DNA of 63,589 bases from Octopus bimaculoides (taxonomy: Eukaryota), in the NCBI RefSeq assembly GCF_001194135.2, contig NC_069007.1:22013094-22076682 (forward strand). Direction: 5' to 3'. The notes below the pieces were generated by a model, which saw only the letters and a program-made list of their open reading frames with translations, was not told the origin of the DNA and made no database searches. This document shows, in pieces, positions 38,116 to 51,380 of the stretch; positions within the stretch are counted from its first letter, which is position 1, and each line of letters starts with the position of its first letter. The translations under genes were made by a program, and so were the position numbers.

Positions 38116-39152
38116 GATTATTCCCTCTGATTACCACCTCTGCTGACACCTTGCAATAATTACATCAAATACAGGGACACACAACACCAACTGACCGTAA
38201 TATGTTTTCATCTGATATTACTGGCACACTAGTAACTACTTACTATTTGCAACAACACTTGGTATTGTCAAATTTCACAGGTGGCAGACCAGCTGATACC
38301 ATTGAACTGACCTGCCTACCAATGCAGAACTAAACAAACCATCTGTTGTTGTAGTTTTAGTACAGAGCGAGTTTAGTAACTGTTGTTTCACACTGGTGTT
38401 CGTGTGGTAAGTCACAACAGATTTCAACAGTTGTTGTCTTTCTCAACCATTACAGAAATTTATTGAAGCTCTAAGTCCCATGGACACCAGCATGAAACCC
38501 TGATGCAAAAGTAATGACATTATATCAAACTTTTATACAGGTACAGGTATGGCTGTGTGGTTAAGAAGCTTGCTTCCTAACCATGTGGTTTTTGGTTCAG
38601 TTTTATTGTGCAGCACCTTGGGCAAATGTCTTCTACTGTAGCTCTGGTTGATAGAAACTGAAAGTAGCCTTGTGTGTGTGTGTGTTATGTTTGGCCCTTA
38701 CCACTACTTAACAACCTGTGTTGGTTTGTTCACATCTCTGTGACTTAGTGTAGAAAATCTGCATCCATGAATTCCACCTGACTCATGGAAAAGTGGATGT
38801 TAAAATGATTATGATGACAATGACATATCACGTGTGATGTAGTTAAGGTATTCTGCTCACGAGTTCAATTCCCAGTGGCACATTGTGTCCTTGAGCAAGA
38901 CACTTTATTCCATGTTGTTCCTGTCCATTCAGCTGACCAAAATGAGTTGTACCCATAATTCAAAGGGGGCCAGCCTTGTCACTTTCTGTGTCACACTGAA
39001 TCTCCCTGAGAACTACGTTAAGGGTACACGTGTCTGTGGAGTGCTCAGCCACTTGCACGTTAATTTCACACGCAGACTCTTCCATTTATTGGATTAATTG
39101 GAACACTCGTCGTAACCAACGGAGTGCCAGTAGTAAATTGTCTCTACATTCA

Positions 39153-39200
<48 letters not shown>

Positions 39201-40269
39201 AAGAGAAAGACGAACAGCCAACATCTCTACTTAACTCCTTCATAATTAGTGTGTGTGTGTGACTTTGTGATATGTGATACATGTGTATGTCAGATATTAT
39301 AAAGGTGTGTGTGAGTGTATATATTTATGTATGTCATGCCATAGAGATGAGTGTGTGTTTATAAGTGTTTGGCTACATTAAGTGTTGTAATATAACGTGT
39401 GTTACAGGCGAGATAGTAAGGACAAGGGAAAATACCCAGGGTTGCAGCTCAGCATGCTCGGTGCATATGTGATGGTGCTGCCACTTGTCACTGTGCAAGA
39501 CCTGTCATATCAAGGTCATAACTAAGGCTCTCTCTCTCTCTCTCTGTGGATGTAGGTCAATAGCTATTTGGTATCTGTTTGCTGTGGTCTGTGTTTGTGT
39601 GTCTTTTATCATATGCTGTAAAGGTATTTGTGTGTAACGAGATGCATTGGCATACTTTCTGCATTTGCATGGATAATTAACTTCTTTTTATTGTTAAAAC
39701 AATGTATCTTCTGTGTTTTTACTTAATTTGGTCATTGGACTGCGGGGTCGTGCTGAGACACCACCTTAAAAGGTTTGGATTGAACAAATCAACCCCAGTA
39801 TTTAGGGGTTTTCTTCCCTTTTTTTTTTAAAACCTGGTACTTATTCTGTCACTCCCTTTTGCCGAGCCATTAGGTTACAGGGGTGTAAACGGGTGCAGGC
39901 GTGGCTTGTGGTAAGAAGCTTGCCTCTCCAACCACATGGTTTCAGGTTCAGTCCCACTGTGTGGCACCTTGGGCAAGTGTCTTCTACTAAAGGCTCAGTC
40001 CGACTAAAGCCTTGTGAGTGGATTTGGTAGACAGAAACTGAAAGAACCCTGTCGTGTGTGTTGGTCCCATGCCACTGCTTGACAACCAGTGTCAGTGTGT
40101 TTACATCCCCATAACTTAGTGGTTCAGCAAAAGAGATCTGATACAAAATAGAATAAATACCAGGCTTAAAAAAAAAGAAAGTACTGGAGTCAATTTGTTT
40201 GATCAAATTCTCCAAGGCAGATGCCCCAGCATGGTCTAATCACTGAAACAAAGATATTAGACCCTAATG

Positions 40270-40600
40270 AAGGCGCATGGCTCAGTGGTTAGAGCGTCAC
40301 GCTCACAATCATGTGGTAGTGAGTTCAATTCCCGGACCAGGCTGTGTGTTGTACTTTTGGGCAAGACACTTTATTTCACGTTACTCCAGTTCACTCATCT
40401 GTAGACGTCATTGGTGCCAAGCTGTATCAGCCCCTTTGCCTTTCCCTTGGATAACATCAGTGACTTGGGGAGCGGAGACAGGTATGGATGATCGACTGCT
40501 GGTCTTCCATAAACAGCCTTGCCCGGACTTGTGCCTCTGGANNNNNNNNNNTGCGGTCCCATGGTCATTCATGACTGAAGGGGGTCTTTACCCTTTACCC
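40270..40600 (+). mobile_element. tRNA(Val-like)-headed SINE 'family E'; relatives at ~31935, 38835, 46400(-), 53650(-), 55850(-), 61000(-), 62660
   Basis: A-box TGGCTCAGTGG 40278-40288, B-box GAGTTCAATTCC 40321-40332, then ...gggcaagacactttatttcacg... body. Confidence 0.8.
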
Positions 40601-41334
40601 TATCAAACCTTATATTATATAAGGAAATACATTGGATGTCCCTGTAAAAATTTTTAAAAAAATTGTAAGGGACAATAAACAGAGCCTTTGAGCATAATTC
40701 TGCCCAATCACAGTCTTCTATGTAGGCCTGCTTCAAAAGGATTGTCTGTAGGTGTGGGTGGGCTGCTACATAACTACTACTACAACACTAATTAACGTTG
40801 TAGAAAATATTTAATCTGTTGCTGAAATACAAAGGAATTTGGAGCAACATGTGGGAACTATCGAAACCAGCATTTGTGTGTGTGCTTATATGTATGTATG
40901 TATGTATATGCAAGATTGTGTGCATATTTACATACAGTGCACATATGTCTGTATGTGGATACGTGACTGTATTTATTTATGTGTGGGTCTTGCACACCCA
41001 CACACATTCATTACCAGTAATATGGTGATTATCACTGTAATTATTATGATTTAATCAACCATTCAATAGATAAATTTTGATTATAACAACCAGCCCTGTA
41101 TACAGCAGCTGGGAAATCAGAGGTCACTGCTGCTATTTAAATAATTCTTGTTTTATTTGACACCTTTTTTTGTTTTTTAATGAATGACAAAATAACTACC
41201 AAACATGCCTTCTTCTATAATTTCTGTACCACATCAGCAGTTACCTTTCACAAAAATATTTCAAGTCTAACAGAGTGAGTGTGTGTTGTGCATGCATGTT
41301 TTTGTGTGTGTACATACACACACAGAAGAGCTCT

Positions 41335-41387
<53 letters not shown>

Positions 41388-42688
41388 TTATTATTATTAT
41401 TATTATTATTATTATCATTCTTTTTTACTGTAGGCACAAGGCCTGGAATTTTGGGGGAGGGGGTACTTGATTTATCGACCCTGAAAGGATGAAAGGCAAA
41501 GTTGACCTCGGCGGAATTTGAACTCAGAATGTAAAGACAGATGAAATACTGCTAAGCATTATTATTATTATTATTATCATTATTATTATCATTATTATCA
41601 TTATTATTATTGCAGTGAGCTGGTAGAACCATTAGCACACCGGGCAAAATGCTTAGTGGCATTTTGTCTGTCTTCATGTTCTGAGCTCAAATTACACCAA
41701 AGTCAACTTTGTCTTTCATCCTTTTGGGATCGATAAAATAAGTACCAGTTGTGTACTGGGGGGGGGGCGGTGTAATTGACTTCTTCCCCTCCCAAATTCC
41801 AGGCCTTGTGCCTATAATAAAAAGGATTATTATTATTATTATTATTATTTTGGCAATAAGCTTTGTAGCCTTTCATCCCTCTTTATGTTCTGAGTTCAAA
41901 TTCCGCCGAGGCCAACTTTGCCTTTCATTCTTTTGGGGTTGATGAAACAAGTACCAGCTGTGTACTGGGATCAATGTAATCAACTTTATCCCCTCCCCAC
42001 AAATTTCAGGCCTTGTGCCTATAATAGCAAGGATTATTATTAGTGGTAGTAGTATTATTAGTTTCAAATTTTGCACAAGGCCAGCAAATTCAGGGGAGAG
42101 AGTAAGTTGACTGCATTGACCCCACCCAATGCTCAACTGGTCCTTATTTTATCAACCCCCAAAAAGATGAAAGGCAAAGTTAACCTTTGTTGAATTTAAA
42201 CTCAGAACATAAAGATGGACGAAATGTTAAGTATTTTGTTTGGCACAATAATAATAATAATTCTGCATGGATCCCTCTCCCTCCTGAATCGCATCAGTTT
42301 CGTTTGATCCTGCAGACTTGTAGAACATAGTTTGTTGGTTGGAACAACTGAGTGCAAACCCACAACCCTCAAATCCATTGTTGCAGATAACACCATGTCT
42401 CTGTCTAGTTGTTCAACCCACTGTCATTAATCATATACGGTGTACTATGCCAGTCTGAACATGTTATATACACTCTCTCCTTGCTCTACTCTATTCTTGG
42501 ATGCCTCTTGTTGTTGTTGCATAACTCCAAGTCAATTCTGATAAAAGACCTGTGTCATAGAGGCAATGACTGATATACAAAGCGTGTTATATCTTGCCTC
42601 TGTCTATCTCACTGAGGACCAATACTGCAGACTAAACACACAGCGGTTCGTCATTGTAGTTTTTCCCCCCTGGAATATGACAGGAGCT

Positions 42689-42766
42689 GTTTTCTGCACA
42701 TTTTCAGTGTTTAATTGCCCCTGAGCATTTGCCACATACAAACTTCCCAGTTAGCCTTCCTTCAAT
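42689..42766 (-). mobile_element. Short RTE LINE fragment, probably same family as 34740-35395
   Basis: Minus strand IEGRLTGKFVCGKCSGAI-(frameshift)-TENVQK resembles the Cys-containing segment I recall upstream of the SLRVKGRLY block in octopus RTE proteins. Confidence 0.55.
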
Positions 42767-42771
42767 GTATA

Positions 42772-42817
<46 letters not shown>

Positions 42818-43026
42818 AATGAAAAAATGTATAAACAAGCAACGTAACATATACTGAATGTAAAAACGAACTGGAGACAAACAGAAGGTCCATAATTTTT
42901 CATCAGTTATTGACCAATTGGTGCTGTTCAGTTTTGCACCTTTAACAATAAGACTGAGTTCTTCCCAATTGGCAGTACCTGCAAACAAAATTTTTTTTAC
43001 AGAAAATTGGGGAGATATATATGTAT

Positions 43027-43466
43027 NNNNNNNNNNNNNNNNNNNNNNNNNNNNNNNNNNNNNNNNNNNNNNNNNNNNNNNNNNNNNNNNNNNNNNNNNN
43101 NNNNNNNNNNNNNNNNNNNNNNNNNNNNNNNNNNNNNNNNNNNNNNNNNNNNNNNNNNNNNNNNNNNNNNNNNNNNNNNNNNNNNNNNNNNNNNNNNNNN
43201 NNNNNNNNNNNNNNNNNNNNNNNNNNNNNNNNNNNNNNNNNNNNNNNNNNNNNNNNNNNNNNNNNNNNNNNNNNNNNNNNNNNNNNNNNNNNNNNNNNNN
43301 NNNNNNNNNNNNNNNNNNNNNNNNNNNNNNNNNNNNNNNNNNNNNNNNNNNNNNNNNNNNNNNNNNNNNNNNNNNNNNNNNNNNNNNNNNNNNNNNNNNN
43401 NNNNNNNNNNNNNNNNNNNNNNNNNNNNNNNNNNNNNNNNNNNNNNNNNNNNNNNNNNNNNNNNNN
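43027..43466. other. Assembly gap (440 N). Other gaps: 2339-2491, 3913-4109, 4770-4924, 8625-8751, 28165-28411, 40542-40551, 51655-51664, 61755-62080
   Basis: Runs of N, mostly abutting microsatellites or SINEs. Confidence 0.99.
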
Positions 43467-43530
43467 CATGTGTGTGTATGTATATATATATATTGTTTTT
43501 ATTCAATTTGTTTTTATTTTTGCATTTACA

Positions 43531-43576
<46 letters not shown>

Positions 43577-44466
43577 TATGGGTTTCACAATGCTTTGGTT
43601 GGCCCAGAGCTATAGTAGAAGATATTTGCCTAAGGTGCTGTGCAGTGAGATTGAACCAAAGACCACACGGCTAGGAAGCAAACTTCTTACCTCACCTCCA
43701 CACCTGCACCTATATATATACACAGTAGTGTATAGAATTCATTGCTGTGCTCTTTGAATTAATTAAAATGTTGCTTGGTCTGCTGAGACTAGCCTTATCA
43801 TCATGGGACAGATTTCATCATTTCCCCGCTCTGGATTCTGAACATGAGAATCAATCCGATGGATATTTGGGATTAAGAATATATTTGCTTGTTTTTCTTA
43901 CTTTTCATTAGACTTGGAATTAAATTGCTGTGTGTGTTTATGTGTATTTAAAGAATTGTGTGTGTCTTTGATGTGATGGGATTATTTACGTTCTGTAAGG
44001 CTCTCATGTGTCTCTCTCCTGTGTTTCTTGCCATAAAACTAGAGCTAAGCACTGGTTCTTAAAAAAGGATCAGAAATATACAAGTTTGTATGTGTATGGG
44101 TGTATGTGTGTGTGTATATGTGGGGTGTCTATATACATGTGTGTATATATGGGGGTGTATGTGTGGTTGTGTATATATATCTATGCACGGGTATGTGGAT
44201 ATGTGTGTATGGGTGTGTGTATAGATAAAGATGTTTACATGTATTTATGCACATATATGTAAACACACACATAAATTTTTATTTGTTGAATAAGGCTCAA
44301 TTGATTCTTCAAATCTAATGTTCAATCTAAACATAGTTACACACACATTATTTAAGACTTCTCTCTACAACCATTTCTACTTATTTAAGTTTTTTTCTTA
44401 AGTACCACTTGAAAAAAAAAGCTAAGTAGGTTGAAAGAATCATAGCAAGGAGTCTTGAATGTGTTA

Positions 44467-44497
<31 letters not shown>

Positions 44498-44654
44498 AGA
44501 GAGAAAATGGCATGGGAAAGATACCCAGGAATGCCTGCTGCATGGAGACTTTAAATCAAGTAAACACTGGAACACTAGACATAATTTGAATTAAAATATA
44601 ATTAAGAAATTATAACTAATTAGATTTATTCAAAAGCTAACCCTAACATTTTAG

Positions 44655-45065
44655 TGGGTGCAGGAGTGGCTGTGTGGTAAGAAGTTTGCTTTCAAACCAT
44701 ATGGTTCTGAGTTCAGTTTCACAGCATGGCACCTTGGGCAGGTGTCTTCTACTATAGCCTTGAGCCGACCAAAGCTTTGTGAGTGGATTTGGTTGATGGA
44801 AACTAAAAGAAGCCCATTGTGTGTGTGCACGTGTGCAGGTATCTATATGTCCGTGTCTTTGTATCTGAATTTTTCCCCTACCTCCGCTTGAAAACTGGTG
44901 GTCGTGTGTTTATGTCCCTGTAACTTAGCAGTTCAGTAAAAGAGATCAAGAGAATAAGTATCAGGCTTAAAAAAATAAAAGTACTAGGGTTGATTTATTT
45001 GATTAAGAATTCTTCAAAGCAGTGCTCTCGCATGGCCATAGTCTAATGACAGGAACAAGTAGAAG
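44655..45065 (+). mobile_element. Most complete copy of abundant tRNA-derived SINE 'family A'; partial copies near 6693, 8125, 8750, 16375, 19660, 25440, 26190, 27680, 28150, 28830, 29645, 33225, 38540, 39890, 43575, 47265, 48990, 50220, 55010, 57720, 58375
   Basis: gtggctgtgtggtaagaag...gagttcagt...ggcaccttgggcaggtgtcttctactatagcc...gaccaaagc...gtgagtggatttgg...ggaaactaaaagaagccc...taacttagc...aagagatc...gaataagta...catggcc is repeated more than 20 times in both orientations. Confidence 0.85.
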
Positions 45066-45310
45066 GTAAAAGATAGATAAAAAGTAATCAAACATAGAAT
45101 GGGGTCCACTTTGTTCTGAAGTCATTTGGAGAACTTCCACAAGTTAGACTATGCTTTGCTGATGTGCTCTAATAAGACTGAAACATACTGGGGTGGTCAT
45201 GTACTATTAAAGGTCACTGAATCATGTATTTAATATGTTCTTTTCACTCAAGTTGGAATTTTAATTAAATTTTTGTTACTTACTGCATTAAGTATGTTAG
45301 CATTCAACTC

Positions 45311-45347
<37 letters not shown>

Positions 45348-47849
45348 CTGTGTATGAATGTATGTATATACACGCATGTATGTTTGTGTGTCTATATATA
45401 CACACACGTGTGCATGTGTATATACATATGTATGTATGTACACGTGTGTGTGTATGCATATTTGCATGTGCATGTGTTCATATGTGTGTCTATGTATGTA
45501 TGCATATGTCTGTGTATGTATATAGGCGTGTGTACATGCGTGTATATAAAGTATACGCGTATACTCGCATACATACATACATCCATTGGCAGAGAAAGTG
45601 ATGGGAGTTGATGGGAAACTAATTATAGTGACTTCCTTTAATACTCTCAGTCACCCCCCTTCTTAGTCTCATTATGAAATTACTTCGTAATCAACTAAGT
45701 GCTTATATACGTGTGTGTGTATAAATGTCCTTTTTCGAAGAATAGAGTTAACAGTGACTTCGAAGGTTTGTTCTGCTGAGCTTTCATCAGACAGTCTGAA
45801 ACTGTCAATGCTATTCTTGTTAAAGAGAAGAAAATAAACAGACATTACTTTACAGAAAATATTGAGTAATCCTTCAATTTAATGTAAATTGTTTTTTTTT
45901 TTTATATATTATAACTTGCCATGAAAACAAACATTAAAAGGAATAAACGTGTTTTGAACTCCATTAGTTTATTACAGCTATTTCTGCTAAAAGGTACTCA
46001 TAGCTGAGCATGTAATTGTTTATTCCTTTCTTATCCCAATTTCTTATTAACCGTTCTGTTCTCGACTGATGCTTCATACTGAAGCATGTGTGTATCGAGT
46101 CCTAACACCAGGGTGTTAGCACTGCACTGCCAAAACGAAATATTAAAATATATGCCTGTTATGTATGTACGCTGTGCATGTGTGTATGTAATCAAACACT
46201 CCAAATATCCTGTGAACAGAAAGTTTAGTATTTCTGGAATTCCTTGCATTTAAGAAATTGCTTAACTTATCACTTTACACAGTCGAAATACCACACGGTA
46301 CCTTATCGTTCCTTGCTGCTGCATTCTGCCAGTTAATGTGGGTGATGCTGCCTGGTCATTCATTCTGCTAGAAATAGCAGTGAAATCTTGCTCAGCTCTG
46401 TGTTTGATAAAAGATGACATATGAATGTTCAGTTTTTGCTGAATGGCTTGCAGAAAAGATTTGTTCATGGTGACCAACCCGTATATGCTGTACATTAGCT
46501 TTGCTCCCACCATCAAATCGACATTGCCTGTACTGGTGCACAAGTGCTCCACATGTCAGATGAAGTGTTTTGCTAAAGAACACAATTCGCTGCCTGGTCT
46601 GGGAATTGATCCTACAATCTAGCAATCATGAGTGCAATACCCTAACCACCAGCTTTGGTTAGTCAAAAAAGAGCACAATTCTTGGAGGAGATTTGACTGC
46701 TATTTCTAGCAGCGTCAACAACTGCAAAGAGTCTTTCTGCCCCTCATTGAGCTTGTATGTCTTTGTTATTTTCCCCCTACAAGTACGCACACACTTGTGC
46801 ACGTGCATGTGCGCACGCATGTACACGTATACACTCACAGCCTTTGAACAATTCAAGTGTGTATAAATACCAGCAAAAGCACACGAGTAACTGACAGCTG
46901 GCAAAACATCGTTATAATAACGATTCTTTAGACATGTGGTACAACATGTTTGATTAAATGGAAACTGGTGTAGCTTGAGTTAGTGGTATTCTCTGTGCAC
47001 GTGCGTGTGTGTGTTTAATCATTATCATCTCATTTCTAACAACCACTTGCATGGATCAAGTGAAATTTATTAGGGCAGGTTTTCTGCAGTTGGATGCCCT
47101 TCCTTTTGCCAACCCTTCTCTGTTTCCAAGTAAGCTATTATTTCCCAGTGACCAAAATCTGTTTTTCACAGAAGACTAGAAATGAATAACATCACTTGTA
47201 TAGCAGTGATGCTAACTTACAATCATTACCTGACATCAAAACAAAAGGTTACACACATAATATACACTGTGGGCTTCTTTCAGTTTCTGTCTACCAAATC
47301 CATTCATGAGACCTTGGTCAACCCAAGGCTCTTGTAGAAGACATTCACCCAAGGTGTCACATAGTGGGACTGAACTTTCAGATCTCCCTGTTCACAGTGC
47401 AAATTACAATTTATTATATAAACACACCACATAATTTCTTATTCAGGTTTACTGAGTCCCTTGATGAGTAATCAGTACTGCAACCTGCACAGTCCACACA
47501 CACACACACCTATACACCACTCTACACATTGTCATCCCTCATACGGCCATTGACACTTTTATAATTTATTTTCGATATGAAATATTAATAGATAGATAAG
47601 AATAGTAATTCTAACCTTGTAACATTCTAAATGCGTTGACTTTTTTTCTTTTTACCAAACACAGACATGAAAGAGACTTAATACAAGAAGTGACTTGCAA
47701 ATACACAAAACAACAATAATAAAATACATAAATATTTTCTGCTTAGCTTTTCTCTATTTTTGTTTATTTCTTGACCATTGTAACTGACTTTCTAATATTC
47801 ACACACACACATGCGTTAAATGATGATGCTGACCCCCACACATAAGGCT

Positions 47850-48065
47850 GTGGTGACCTGGCAGAATCGTTACCATGCCAGCAAAAATACTTAGCGGCAT
47901 TTCTTCCAACTTTACATTCTGAGTTCAAATTCCACCAGGGTCAGCTTTGCCTTTCACCCTTTGGGGGTTGACGAAATAAAGTACCAGTTGAGAACTGGGG
48001 CTTATGCAATACACTAACCCTGTTCCCCAAAATTACGGGCCTTGTGCCAGAATTTGAAACCAAGT
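47850..48065 (+). mobile_element. SINE 'family B' (gttcaaattcc...gcctttcatcctttcggggtcgataaaataagtaccag core); copies at ~9255, 14340-15310, 27000, 28635, 31770, 37365, 41440-42250, 62370-62640
   Basis: tRNA-like head (tggcagaatcgttagc; gagttcaaattcc B-box), conserved core, 3' ggccttgtgcc...(ATT)n tail in several copies. Confidence 0.85.
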
Positions 48066-50984
48066 ACTTGTCTGGCAAGTGATTTGATCTGAGACCATGT
48101 TGAAACTAAAACAATTACAGCTTAGAAGACACATTTTAGCCATTCAAAAACACAAAAACTTAACTTCATTTAAAGATTTATTATTTCATGCCACATGTTT
48201 TGTCATGTCACTGCAATGTTGTCACTGACAGGATTTCACTGCAGCTATTTTGAGGAAAGGCTGTGGGACCAGTCTGTATGTGCATGGGTGTATGTCGTTG
48301 TCATCATCATCATCATCAGCATTTAATGTCCCTTTCCCATGGTGGCATGGTTTGGATGGCTCAGATGGAACTGACAAGGCCTAGAGACACACCAGGTTCC
48401 ATAGTTTATTTTGGTTTGGTTTCTGCAGCTGGAAACCGTTCCTAGCACCAACCATTCCAGAGTAGACTGGATGCTTTTTACATGGCACCAGCCCCTGTGT
48501 TTTTTATGAGGCATCAGCACCTACACCAATGCTTTTTACGTGACATCTTGGTCTGAGGATCTCAATTCTGTTGTGGTGGGCAGGTCTTCTCATATTTTTG
48601 CCAGCCCTGGTCAAATTGTCCAACCCATGCCAGCATGGACAATGGACGTTGAATGATGATGATATATTCAATAAGACATATTTCATATATTCAATAAGAC
48701 ATTCAATACTTCATTTCATTGTACCATCCATTTTTATATTTTATATTATATACTCCATATTCTATATCCTACATTAATTTTACAAGAATATAAATAAAAC
48801 ATAAAAAACAGACAGAGTTGGAACTCTTTTAAATAAAATAATATATTCCTCTATACACGATCATACAAAACCCTTTTTTTTGTATTTATTTTTACTCACA
48901 TATATATATGTAGTCAAATTAAATAAATGAACATTAAAAATAACACCAACAAACAACCAGAGGACGTGCACATGGAATATATTATTAATACACACACACA
49001 ATGGGTTTCTTTCAGTTTATGTCTCCCAAATCCACTCACATGGCTTTCGTCAGCAGCAGTGCTGAACCCACGACGACATGGTTGGGATGCAGGCTTCGTA
49101 ACCATACAGCCACGCCTAGAGTGACCTTGATACGAGAAATTGTGTGTGTGTGTGTGTGTGTTACTAGAACATGTTAACGTTGTGTGAATCATTGTTCTTT
49201 TAATGTGACCGCCATGTGTCTGGTGGATTAACTATAAACAGATATATATCTCGCTAATTGATTCAGACATGTGATTTAACCCAAAAACCAAATAGCACAA
49301 AAAAAAAAGTTTTCAAAACTTTATTTATATATAATTGTGTTAATAAATAATGTGTACATATTTCCCCATGTATTTTATTTGATTTTTCACTTCAGTAAGT
49401 GTTTTCAGGTGAATATACATAGACACACCTGCTTTTTATTCCATCACCTGTCTTCATCGTTTGTTTTCTGTAAATTTGGACTGTATATATATATAATATA
49501 TATAAAATATTTTTTATGCTTTTAAATGTTTCCTGAGAGCGACGTAAAAAGTTGGATAAATTGACTGAAGTTGGTGTTTATTTTCCCCATTAATTTCTCT
49601 AAATAAAATAAAAGAATCATGATTAAAGGAAAAAAAATTGAAGGAAAAGAAAGCGCCAGTAAAGACGTAACTCGACATGGCATAAGCTGGAGTTAGTCTG
49701 TATACCTGTATATATTTCAAGGTGTCTACTCTCTCACTAAAACTACTATCTTGCTTGCGTGACACCTGCCTTGTTTTTGTTTATCAGTGTAACGTATAAG
49801 GTGTAGTGGTTTGAAATATTGACAGAAAACTGTTCTTTAACAAGAAAGCAAGTAGTAAATTGAGGTGGGACTGCTGATAGCTGTTAATAGCGAATGTGTT
49901 CGCCAGCCAGTCACAGGTGGACAGGTATTAATGGAAGAAAATTAGCTGAATTAAAACTTTTGAAGTATCTCAGCTGAAATACGGTTAAGTATGTGAGAGT
50001 TGTATGACAACCCTGTAGATATGATGATTCTATTTTTAGAGTGATCCATGACACAACTTTATTTTAACACTGAGAAGGCAGCTGGAGTTGTTGGGATAGT
50101 CTTGGCTCGTCAAAGCTAGGATCAGTAACATTTGAGTAAAGAACCATATGGCCCTTTTCAGTGTGATTTTTGTTTTGTTTTGGATTAGTGGGTTTTTTCT
50201 TTTTTTAATCTTTCACTTGTTTCAGTCACTGGACTGCGGCCATGCTGGGGCACCACATTGAAGGGTTTTGGTCAAACAAATCGACCGCAATAGTTATGTT
50301 TCTTTCTAAGCCTGGCATTGGTCAGCCTTGTGCCTTAGTAGAAGACACTTCCCCCAGGGTTCCACACAGTGGAGCTAAAACTGAAATCACATGGTTGCAA
50401 AGCAAGCTTCCTGCGAAACATTTTTCGACTCTCTCTTTTTTAAAAAAAAAAAAAAAAGGTTTCGTGGTCTGATGAGAAACTTACCTGCTATGCCTAGCAG
50501 ATAGTGCAACCACATAATGACTCATCCTGTTGGCTCATCCTCTATACTGTTGTTGGTTGTGGCTGAGAAGACAAACCACTCTTTATGCAGTTTTACCATT
50601 GAAGCTACAAAACCGCCTCCATCACTACTATACATAGTTTTGTTGCTGAAAGGATTTCCCCCACACCCTCCAATTTTATGCAGTTTTAATAAAGACACAT
50701 CGACGACCTATGTCAAATTTTAGTGGTGATTAGGCAACACGTGTGGAATTTTGCTGTTGGCGGTGCCTCCATTCAAGTGTGTCGTTGCTAACAAAGTTAA
50801 GTCAAGGCCTCCACCGTGAACATTGGTTGCTGCGAGTTTCTGTTGCATATGCAGTTTTCATGGTTTGTTGAACTTCGGCCGTGTGCAGTGTCACATTTGG
50901 ACTGTCACTGATTCAGCATCGTTGTTTTGATGTCCCCACTTTTCTATGCTCACATGGCTCGGAAAGAATTTGTTGTGGCGGGTT

Positions 50985-51380
50985 TTTTAACGACCAGATG
51001 CCTCATAGCAAACGGGGTTGGTAGATATTGACCTTCAAAAGAAGTCTTGAGCTTTGTGAATTGGAAGACGAAAGGATAATTTGACAGGGAACTGATGTCT
51101 TTTGTATTTAAAATAGTAGTGCAGTGTATAATCACTTGGTAGCAAATGTATTCTTATGATAAATAAAAACTTTCCCCTTAGGGATGACAGAAGTTTGTGA
51201 AAGCGTAAATAACTCTGCTGAGAATCAGGCAGAGACAATGGCAAAAGAGATGAAAGCTTTCAAAGGTCAACAATGTTTGGTTGTGAGACCAGTAGCCTGG
51301 TTATATCTGGTTATTTCTTTCTTCAGATGTTCTTTAGAAGTGCCTTGTCCTTCAGGATCAGTTTTGTTGGTTCTTTGGTT
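50985..51380 (-). mobile_element. Helitron RepHel (PIF1-family helicase) fossil
   Basis: Minus strand KLILKDKALLKNI*...ITRLLVSQPNIVD...GKFLFIIRIHLLPSDY...KRHQFPVKLSFRLPIHKAQ...GQYLPTPF, collinear with KLKVGAPIMLLRNL...GTRLxV...IPRIPLIPSD...RRQFPVRLAFAMTINKSQG...GLYLPxPVF. Confidence 0.7.

Noticed and set aside
40272-40345. tRNA-Val(CAC)-like sequence with A and B boxes
   Set aside because: The acceptor stem does not pair and it continues into a SINE body; it is a SINE head, not a tRNA gene.
302-45611. Many ORFs of alternating H/T, V/C, Y/I or poly-X residues in the ORF track
   Set aside because: They are translations of (CA/TG/TA)n microsatellites or N-gaps; no coding signature.
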